64,000 nucleotides of DNA from an uncultured Bacteroidota bacterium. GTDB lineage: Bacteria > Bacteroidota > Bacteroidia > Flavobacteriales > Flavobacteriaceae. The position numbers were made by a program, and so were the translations under genes. The stretch spans positions 13,936 through 77,935 of the forward strand of contig CACNIG010000004.1 of assembly GCA_902620455.1 (NCBI GenBank), read 5' to 3'. How positions within the stretch are numbered: the first letter of the stretch is position 1; each line of letters opens with the position of its first letter. This document shows positions 9,467-17,951 of the stretch, in pieces. The notes under the pieces were generated by a model. It worked only from the letters and a program-made list of their open reading frames with translations, did no database searches and was not told the DNA's origin.

Positions 9467-11331
9467 CTTGGGTCACAACTTGTGAAGTTGGGTTTTGATA
9501 ATGTATAATTAGATGCACCATCAGAAAATTTATTACAAATTGTCACATTATTGACATTCCAAGGGGACAAATCAATATTGAAGGATATATTGTCTTTGAA
9601 CATTTCAATCATATTAGTCACTTTACTTACATCCCAATTTGAAACATCACCGCTAAATTCAGAACGTGCAAACATCTGCCCCATTAGTAAAACATTACCT
9701 ACATCCCAATTTGATATATTGCCATTAAATGGCGAATTATCAAACATTTCACTCATAGTAATCACATTACTAACATCCCAATTTGATATATTACCATTAA
9801 ATTCAGAGTCTTCAAACATAGAATTCAATCTAGTAACATTACTTACATCCCAATTTGATATATCACCATTAAACTGACTGTTTTGAAACATAGCATACAT
9901 ATCTAAGACATTACTTACATCCCAATTTGATATATCACCAGTGAAAGCAGAATCTTTGAACATTCTTGACATATCTGAGACATTACTAACATCCCAATTT
10001 GATATATCACCAGGTGGTGAAAAGTTGTTAGGAGGAGATGAAAACATTCCAACCATAGTTGTCACATTACTCACATCCCAAAAACTTAAGTCATAGCCAG
10101 CATTTTGTCCATTAAACAAATTGCTCATATTAGTTACATTGCTAACATCCCAATGTTTTATAAGGTTAGTAGAAATTTGATATTGATATGCATAGATGAT
10201 TGAAAGGTCTGTTACTTTTGATGTAATTACTTTATCTAGAGCACCAGTATCTCCAGAAGTAATTTTGTTTCTTAATGATTCATTATCAATTACTTCCCAC
10301 TCTCCATTATCTAATGTTCCAGGAAGATTTAACCCCTCTACAATTACTTTATCGCCCACTTTTGCCTCTGGACCTGCTACGATAGTTACACCATTTGAAT
10401 GTATATATATATTAGGGTCATTTGTTGAGGCTTCAGTATTGTTAGATTCAGAATTTGATGTTTCTTGATTTTCTGTATCATCATTTGATTCCTGATTATT
10501 TGTTGAACCAGAGATTCCATTATTTAAACAAAAGTCATAAACAAGTTGTGACTTTGTCTTTTTATCTAAAGAACCACCATCATTTACAATTGTTCTTATT
10601 AAATTCTGATTCATATCATAAGCTGAAAGCATTACCTCAAGACCACCATTTAAATCAATCGTGTATGACTCAACTAAGACAACCTTGTCGTAGTCCGGTA
10701 AACCTACTGTAACACCATCAACGTTATATGCACCTACTCCAAGGTCATCAAATGAAACCTCTGTGAAATAAAATTGTACATCAGCTCCAAAAGAAGCATT
10801 ACTGTTCTTTACATAGCAATTTCCACTCAAATAATATGAGTTCCATATAATATCATTGTTTTCAGTTAATCCAATTTCCCAAGAAAAAGTTCCTACATAA
10901 ACATTATTTTCATAATACTCAAATTCATAAAAACCAGCAGCTCTCTGAATCCATAGTACTATGGATAGCTCTATAAGAGCGAACTCTCTATTAAGATTAT
11001 CAATAATATCAACTAAACCAATAATCGTATTTTGAGCATCTTCTAAATCTAAAGTCTTTTGACTTAACAAAGAATTTGATTCCTCTAATGCAACTTGAGC
11101 AGCATTTAATTGAGATTGTACATCATTTATTTGAGATTCTAAATTTGAATTTTCTGCAACTTGGGATTGTAAAGCTGATATCTCTGAATTCATAGCAGAT
11201 ATCTGGGCATTTAAAGCAGAGATTTGCGCATTTAATGATGAAATTAATGCTTGACTATTATTATCTGCTGTTGAGTCCTCTTTACTACACGCAAAAAAAA
11301 TAAAAAAAATTATTATTAAGGTTTTTCTCAC
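9463..11331 (-). CDS. BspA/DUF285-type leucine-rich-repeat surface lipoprotein with N-terminal coiled coil (GTG start)
   Basis: Lipobox FFACS. Heptads LNAQISA LNAQISA MNSEISA LQSQV, an S/N/T/E-rich linker, then nine repeats of the form ISNWDVSNVxxMxxMFxxSxFNGD. Confidence 0.8.
   Translation of the reverse strand: MRKTLIIIFFIFFACSKEDSTADNNSQALISSLNAQISALNAQISAMNSEISALQSQVAENSNLESQINDVQSQLNAAQVALEESNSLLSQKTLDLEDAQNTIIGLVDIIDNLNREFALIELSIVLWIQRAAGFYEFEYYENNVYVGTFSWEIGLTENNDIIWNSYYLSGNCYVKNSNASFGADVQFYFTEVSFDDLGVGAYNVDGVTVGLPDYDKVVLVESYTIDLNGGLEVMLSAYDMNQNLIRTIVNDGGSLDKKTKSQLVYDFCLNNGISGSTNNQESNDDTENQETSNSESNNTEASTNDPNIYIHSNGVTIVAGPEAKVGDKVIVEGLNLPGTLDNGEWEVIDNESLRNKITSGDTGALDKVITSKVTDLSIIYAYQYQISTNLIKHWDVSNVTNMSNLFNGQNAGYDLSFWDVSNVTTMVGMFSSPPNNFSPPGDISNWDVSNVSDMSRMFKDSAFTGDISNWDVSNVLDMYAMFQNSQFNGDISNWDVSNVTRLNSMFEDSEFNGNISNWDVSNVITMSEMFDNSPFNGNISNWDVGNVLLMGQMFARSEFSGDVSNWDVSKVTNMIEMFKDNISFNIDLSPWNVNNVTICNKFSDGASNYTLSKPNFTSCDPS
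9490..10170 (-). repeat. in-frame repeats of about 72 bp encoding the nine WDVSNV...MF units
   Basis: acatcccaatttgatatat recurs at roughly 72-nt spacing on the plus strand. Confidence 0.8.
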
Positions 11332-11446
11332 TACTCTAACTTATAAAATTTAAAGTACTACTTTATTACTACTTTTTCAATGTTTATTTACTTATTTTCA
11401 GGGAGTTAGAATTATAAGCTATTGATAATCAATTATTAGAGTAGTG
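11329..11446. repeat. 18-nt inverted repeat (cactactctaacttataa / ttataag + ttagagtagtg) whose right arm is split by a 17-nt palindrome-containing insert
   Basis: Left arm 11329-11346 includes the GTG start codon. Right arm is 11412-11418 plus 11436-11446. Joined, the right arm is the exact reverse complement of the left arm. Confidence 0.8.
11356..11377. repeat. 22-nt direct repeat, copy B (tactactttattactacttttt), 25-46 nt upstream of the lipoprotein start
   Basis: 21/22 identical to 9445-9466. On the gene strand it contains AAGTAGTA twice with 10-nt phasing. Confidence 0.8.
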
Positions 11447-11466
11447 ACACTAAGACCATTTAACAA

Positions 11467-11518
11467 TTGAGGGGGTAGTGAGCTTAAGCTCGTGCTGGTT
11501 CGAGTCCAGTCGTAGGCA
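11467..11518 (+). pseudogene. orphan 3' half of a tRNA-Leu(GAG), from the anticodon loop to the discriminator
   Basis: ttgagggggtag, a distinct self-complementary variable arm gagcttaagctc, then T arm and acceptor 3' strand identical to 9365-9390. There is no pairing partner for the anticodon or acceptor 5' strands. Confidence 0.85.
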
Positions 11519-11521
11519 CAA

Positions 11522-12286
11522 TTATTTCCCCTTAAAAATATTTTTAATTCTAGAGAAAATACCCTTGGGTTTACTTTCCTTCTCTACTTTCTCCTCAACT
11601 ACTGACTCTACTTTCTCCTCAACTTCCGTCTCAACTTTCTCCTCAACTACCGGCTCAACTTTCTCCTCAACTACCGGCTCAACTTTCTCCTTATCAGGTT
11701 TTTGAATATTAGGAGTATCTATTTCTTTATTTAGTTCAACTTCTTTCATCATTTTTTCTTCCATTTCCTTCCCTTTCTTGAAAACAAAAGTTTTTTCAAG
11801 ATTTCTATTAAAAAGCTCTGTATCAAACTCTCCATTATCTTTTTTTAATTTAAACCATTCTCCTCCTTCAAAAACTTCTATATCCAGGGTATTAATACTC
11901 ATTGGACTAAATGTTGCATACCACTCAGTTGGGTCCGCTCCTTTAGATTTTCCAATTTCTGCCATTTTATCCCATAATAAAGGGTTTACTTTAGATTTAT
12001 GTTTATACTTGGCAAAAGTGACAAATAGTGAGTTTAAGTTAGTTACTAACCTTGCACAACCAATATATTTTTCAAATTCCTCTGGAGTATTTAAATCAAA
12101 TTCCTTATTACCATCATTAAATCTTTTAAATGCTGAATATTCCCATTTAGAGTTAGTTGTAAACCAAAGACCTGGTTTTTTTACTTTAAGCATCTTTTCG
12201 GTCTGCGATGTTAGCAATTTACCTGTTTTAAAAATTTCAATAAGGTGTGAGAGAGATGTGTAATGATACAATATAGTTTTTTCCAT
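11522..12286 (-). CDS. hypothetical protein with an orphan N-terminal domain and an acidic VEEKVExV repeat tail
   Basis: 254-aa ORF whose stop lies 3 nt from the tRNA fragment. No family recognised with confidence. Confidence 0.6.
   Translation of the reverse strand: MEKTILYHYTSLSHLIEIFKTGKLLTSQTEKMLKVKKPGLWFTTNSKWEYSAFKRFNDGNKEFDLNTPEEFEKYIGCARLVTNLNSLFVTFAKYKHKSKVNPLLWDKMAEIGKSKGADPTEWYATFSPMSINTLDIEVFEGGEWFKLKKDNGEFDTELFNRNLEKTFVFKKGKEMEEKMMKEVELNKEIDTPNIQKPDKEKVEPVVEEKVEPVVEEKVETEVEEKVESVVEEKVEKESKPKGIFSRIKNIFKGK
11571..11690 (-). repeat. 24-bp in-frame tandem repeat, about 4.5 copies
   Basis: Unit ctcaactttctcctcaactaccgg. Copies at 11630-11653 and 11654-11677 are identical. Confidence 0.85.
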
Positions 12287-12321
12287 AAATCAAAGATATG
12301 AATTGATTTACTCTTTTTACT

Positions 12322-12329
12322 TATTTTTG
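12322..12329 (+). promoter_or_regulatory. possible -7 box TATTTTTG immediately upstream of crtB
   Basis: Exact TAnnTTTG match ending 4 nt before the ATG. This would imply a leaderless or near-leaderless mRNA. Confidence 0.3.
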
Positions 12330-12333
12330 TAAT

Positions 12334-13182
12334 ATGAAATCAATCTTTGATAAAGTGTCAAATGACTCTAGTAAAGTTGTAATTAAAAGGTACAGTACAT
12401 CATTTTACTTCTCAAGCAATTTACTTTCAAAGTCAATAAGACAAGATATTTTCAATATATATGGCTTTGTAAGACTTGCTGATGAAATTGTTGATACATT
12501 TCATGAATTTCCGAAGAAAGAATTACTCAGTGAGTTTGAGAAGGAACTATGGAGAAGTATTGACAACGGAATAAGTCTAAATCCTATTTTAAACTCATTT
12601 CAGTTGACTGTAAATAAATACTCTATCCCAAAAAACCTTATTAGTTCTTTTTTAGACAGTATGAAAATGGATTTAGAAAAAAAAGAGTATGACACAATAG
12701 AAGAATATAAAAAATATATATATGGTTCAGCTGATGTAGTTGGGTTAATGTGTCTAAAAGTGTTTGTTGACGGCTCAGAAGAAAAGTATAATGAACTTAG
12801 TCCTTTTGCAATATCATTAGGTTCTGCATTTCAAAAAGTAAATTTTTTAAGAGACTTAAAAGATGATTCCAAAATTTTAAATAGAGTGTATTTCCCAAAT
12901 GTCGACATGAATAATTTTAATGAAGAGTCAAAAAAAGAGATAATAATTGAAATTGAAGAAGATTTCAGAAATGCCATCAAAGGTATTGTAAAACTGCCAA
13001 AAAATTCAAGATTTGCAGTTTACATAGCTTATAGATATTATTTTAAATTATTAAAAAAGCTAAAGAGAATTTCATCTGAAAATATTGTTAAAAAAAGAGT
13101 TAGGATTCATAATTTCCAAAAGTTTGTTGTAATTGCAAGGTCTTATGTTAAATATCAATTAAATTTAATTCAATGGATATAG
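12334..13182 (+). CDS. crtB: phytoene synthase
   Basis: Squalene/phytoene synthase layout with YGFVRLADEIVD, YIYGSADVVG and FQKVNFLRDLKDD. Confidence 0.85.
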   Translation: MKSIFDKVSNDSSKVVIKRYSTSFYFSSNLLSKSIRQDIFNIYGFVRLADEIVDTFHEFPKKELLSEFEKELWRSIDNGISLNPILNSFQLTVNKYSIPKNLISSFLDSMKMDLEKKEYDTIEEYKKYIYGSADVVGLMCLKVFVDGSEEKYNELSPFAISLGSAFQKVNFLRDLKDDSKILNRVYFPNVDMNNFNEESKKEIIIEIEEDFRNAIKGIVKLPKNSRFAVYIAYRYYFKLLKKLKRISSENIVKKRVRIHNFQKFVVIARSYVKYQLNLIQWI

Positions 13183-13616
13183 TTATATGGATTTCCACTC
13201 TTGTCGCAACATTTATAATTACCGAGTTTACAGCTTGGTTTAACCATAAGTATATCATGCACGGACCATTGTGGATTCTTCATAAAGATCATCACAAAAA
13301 AGACCACAAATCATGGTTTGAGAGAAATGATCTATTCTTTTTTTTCTATGCTTTTTTAAGTGCAAGTTTTGTTGTTATGTGGGGGCAAGGCTTTTGGCTT
13401 GGTCTTCCAATTGCAATAGGCATTGGTTTATATGGTCTTGCATATTTTATTGTACATGATGTTTTTATTCATCAAAGATTTAAATTTCTGAGAAATATTG
13501 ATAATAAATATGCAAGAGGTGTTAGAAGAGCACATAAAATTCATCATAAAAATATAAACAAAGATGGTGGAGAGTGTTTTGGTATGCTTATAGTTCCTTG
13601 GAAATATTTTAAATAG
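13173..13616 (+). CDS. crtZ: beta-carotene hydroxylase
   Basis: 147-aa membrane protein with His boxes HKDHH, HDVFIHQRF and HKIHH. Overlaps the crtB end by 10 nt. Confidence 0.85.
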   Translation: MDIVIWISTLVATFIITEFTAWFNHKYIMHGPLWILHKDHHKKDHKSWFERNDLFFFFYAFLSASFVVMWGQGFWLGLPIAIGIGLYGLAYFIVHDVFIHQRFKFLRNIDNKYARGVRRAHKIHHKNINKDGGECFGMLIVPWKYFK

Positions 13617-14984
13617 TTATTCTTTTTTCCAGTTATAAGCAAAATTACAGTATGAGCTATCAGCATTCACATTGACATAAGTGTCAACTATTTTTTCTTC
13701 CATCCACTTCTTGATTGTCTTAAGTTGTTTCTCAGTTAAAGCAAGCTCTTTAATCTTTACATAATCTTGAGAAAAGTCTGCAACATGCTCTTCAAACCTG
13801 TTAGAAATTTTCAAAATTTTATATTTTGAAACACTATTATCAGAGTTATCTAAAAGAGGCATACTCATCTGATTATCTTTAAGGTCCTTTACTTGTGAAT
13901 ATAATAATGGATCCATTTTTGTTAACTCAAATCTTGTGTCATTAGTACTTGGATTAATGAGCACTCCTCCATTCAATCTAGTTTGCTTTTCATCAGAGAA
14001 TCTTAAAGCCGCATCTGAAAAAGTAATTTCACCGGAGGATATTCTCTCTCTAATTTTATCAATTTTCTCTTTTGCTGATTTTAATTCATCATCAGAAATT
14101 TTTGGAATTAATAAAATATGGCGAATGTCAATTTCTTGGCCTCTAACATTATCAACAGCTACGATATGCCAACCAAAATCGGTTCTAAATGGTTGAGATA
14201 TTTCACCTTCTCTTAAACTAAATGCAACATCTCTAAATTCTTTTGCCATCCTAGGCTTCTTCCTATTAAGTGTATACTTGCCACCCTTGCTTCTAGAACC
14301 AGGATCTTGAGAATAAAGCAAAGCCTTAGATGCAAAACTCATTCCGCCTTCAAGAATATCCTCTCTAAATAATTTAAGTTGATCCACAATTCTTTGATTT
14401 TCTTCTTCAGACACTTTTGGCTCAACAACAATCTGAGCAATTTCTAGTTCTGTACCAAATACTGGTAAATCTATTTTTGGAATAGCTTGAAAAAACTGTC
14501 TTACTTCTTCTGGAGTGATTTCTACTTTTTCTACAATCGACTCTTGCATCATCTCAGATAATCTTTGAGTCTTATTTATTTCAAAAAGTTCATCTCTAAA
14601 TGAAAGCTCATCTCTTTTATTATAAAATTCTAATACTTTATCAATTCCTCCTAACTGTTCAGTAAAATATTCCAATTGTCTATCAACATAATCATAAATT
14701 TCATTATCCGAGAGTTCAAGACTGTCTTGAATTGCATGATGTGCATAAAGTTTATCTTCCATTAGCTTACCTAAAAGCTGACATTTTGAAACACCCCTAG
14801 TAGAAAGACCTTGAGATTCCATATCAATTAAGACTTTATCAATATCAGAGTCTAATATTATAAAATCTCCAACTACTGATGATATTCCATCAACTTTAAT
14901 TTTTTCTTGTGTAAATGAAAACTGAAAAATTAATAACACTAATAAACTACTTATAAACTTCATATTTCTTTGATTTAATTGCAT
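13617..14984 (-). CDS. SurA-like periplasmic peptidyl-prolyl isomerase/chaperone
   Basis: Signal peptide and the parvulin-like SQDPGSRSKGG...FGWHIV motif. An alternative start exists at 14963 (MKFISS). Confidence 0.8.
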   Translation of the reverse strand: MQLNQRNMKFISSLLVLLIFQFSFTQEKIKVDGISSVVGDFIILDSDIDKVLIDMESQGLSTRGVSKCQLLGKLMEDKLYAHHAIQDSLELSDNEIYDYVDRQLEYFTEQLGGIDKVLEFYNKRDELSFRDELFEINKTQRLSEMMQESIVEKVEITPEEVRQFFQAIPKIDLPVFGTELEIAQIVVEPKVSEEENQRIVDQLKLFREDILEGGMSFASKALLYSQDPGSRSKGGKYTLNRKKPRMAKEFRDVAFSLREGEISQPFRTDFGWHIVAVDNVRGQEIDIRHILLIPKISDDELKSAKEKIDKIRERISSGEITFSDAALRFSDEKQTRLNGGVLINPSTNDTRFELTKMDPLLYSQVKDLKDNQMSMPLLDNSDNSVSKYKILKISNRFEEHVADFSQDYVKIKELALTEKQLKTIKKWMEEKIVDTYVNVNADSSYCNFAYNWKKE

Positions 14985-15786
14985 CGTTTAATATTTCTTT
15001 ATTAATACTTTTAAGAATGTCTAATTTTCTTTGATTTATGATTGTTGCCTTAATTCTATCATAAAGATATGATTTTGGAGGAATATTTCCTGATTTTAAC
15101 ATATCATCAACTATAAAGAAATTAATATAATTGGATTCATCTATAGTAAAAAGTCTATCTTTTATAAAGTATCTTGACTTATTACTCTGGTTGATAAAAT
15201 TGATTGAAGCAATAACATCTCTTTCGGTAAACCAAATTGAATCGTCAAGTTTTAGATCTGCAAATTGAAAATTTAATGAATCTAAAAAGTACCTATCTTG
15301 CTCACTCATCCTTAAAATATATCTTCTTATTCTATTAATATTAAGATTATCATCAGGGACCTTAACATATCTGTACTTTACAAGATTCTCATTAAGCTTG
15401 AAATTATTTAAATTCATGGAGTAAAATGAATCTATTTGCTCATTTGTCACTATTGAGTCAATTCTAGAATTTACTATTAAATCTTTGTATGAGTTTATAT
15501 ATAGGTCAACTCTGTAATTATTTACAAGCTCATCAATTTCAGCTCTCTTTAATTGTGATAAATTAATAATTGATAAGTCATATAGAACTTTTTCTTTTGC
15601 CCAAGTTTCAATAAAATTTGAAATTTTAATTAAGCTATCATCACTAGATACGTAATTAGGTAAATCATCTTCATATAAGAAGTATTCCCCTGCTCTAGCT
15701 ACAAGATTATTCGAATCATTATTCGAAAAGTTTGAGCAACTCTCTAAAAAAAGGCATAACAATACTGTGATAATTATTCTTTTCAA
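14947..15786 (-). CDS. hypothetical lipoprotein in the PPIase/chaperone gene cluster
   Basis: Lipobox LESCS, 279 aa, overlaps the downstream SurA-like gene. No catalytic motif seen. Confidence 0.5.
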   Translation of the reverse strand: MKRIIITVLLCLFLESCSNFSNNDSNNLVARAGEYFLYEDDLPNYVSSDDSLIKISNFIETWAKEKVLYDLSIINLSQLKRAEIDELVNNYRVDLYINSYKDLIVNSRIDSIVTNEQIDSFYSMNLNNFKLNENLVKYRYVKVPDDNLNINRIRRYILRMSEQDRYFLDSLNFQFADLKLDDSIWFTERDVIASINFINQSNKSRYFIKDRLFTIDESNYINFFIVDDMLKSGNIPPKSYLYDRIKATIINQRKLDILKSINKEILNDAIKSKKYEVYK

Positions 15787-15788
15787 AG

Positions 15789-17282
<1,494 letters not shown>

Positions 17283-17320
17283 CTAATTGCATGCAAATAT
17301 ACAAATTAAAATATAGTAAG

Positions 17321-17905
17321 CTAAAATAGTATTGACAGACCTATTAAAACAAAAATAAATGACTTAAAATAAACTATTTTTTTATTCCTAGAATCAATAT
17401 TTAATAATGAGATTAATCTATTAGAAGCAAGTGACACAATTGAAAATACTATTAATGCTTGTAATATAAATATAGCTCCAAGAATAATAAATTGAGATGA
17501 TGTGGAAATAGTATCAGAAAAAAGAAAATTGGGGAAATATGCCAAAAAGAAAATTAGAACTTTTGGGTTTATTAGATTCATATACACTCCTCTTAAATAA
17601 AAGTTTTCTTTCTGTCTCTCACTTATTATCCTATCTTTTTTAAATTCTTGAAAAGCTAAATAAAATAGATAAACAGATCCGAAGTATTTGAAGAACATAA
17701 TTACATTATCATTTTGCTCAATAATAGCTGATAACCCAAAAGCTAAAACCAAAGTATGGACAATAAGACCAGAACATAACCCAAATGAAACTAAAAGACC
17801 GGATTTTTTATCTTCAAGACTCTGATTAATAACAAATAAGATATCTGGACCAGGCATTATGGTAAGCGCTAATGATGATATAAAAAACAATAATATTTGA
17901 TCCAT
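17321..17905 (-). CDS. LysE/RhtB family amino-acid exporter
   Basis: 194 aa, about 6 TM segments, N-terminal MPGPD motif. Confidence 0.8.
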   Translation of the reverse strand: MDQILLFFISSLALTIMPGPDILFVINQSLEDKKSGLLVSFGLCSGLIVHTLVLAFGLSAIIEQNDNVIMFFKYFGSVYLFYLAFQEFKKDRIISERQKENFYLRGVYMNLINPKVLIFFLAYFPNFLFSDTISTSSQFIILGAIFILQALIVFSIVSLASNRLISLLNIDSRNKKIVYFKSFIFVLIGLSILF

Positions 17906-17951
17906 TTGTTGAATTTAATTATTATTTATATTTGAAGCCTAAATATTTTAA

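Noticed and set aside
9490-10170. Regularly spaced ~72-bp repeats that could be mistaken for a CRISPR-like array
   Set aside because: The repeats are in frame within one long ORF and encode the WDVSNV..MF protein repeat. The 'spacers' are similar to each other, and there are no cas genes.
9551-10712. Plus-strand ORFs of 108, 90 and 85 aa inside the DUF285 gene
   Set aside because: They are antisense or off-frame products of the repeat region (periodic LTSQFD) and not independent genes.
11478-11705. 75-aa plus-strand ORF starting (GTG) inside the orphan tRNA-Leu half
   Set aside because: It is the antisense reading of the 24-bp minisatellite (periodic STFSSTT) and starts within tRNA-derived sequence.
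11778-12263. 161-aa plus-strand ORF antisense to the orphan 254-aa gene
   Set aside because: It has a TTG start and the S/L-rich composition typical of a shadow frame opposite a K/E-rich gene. The minus-strand ORF is longer and has the in-frame repeat tail.
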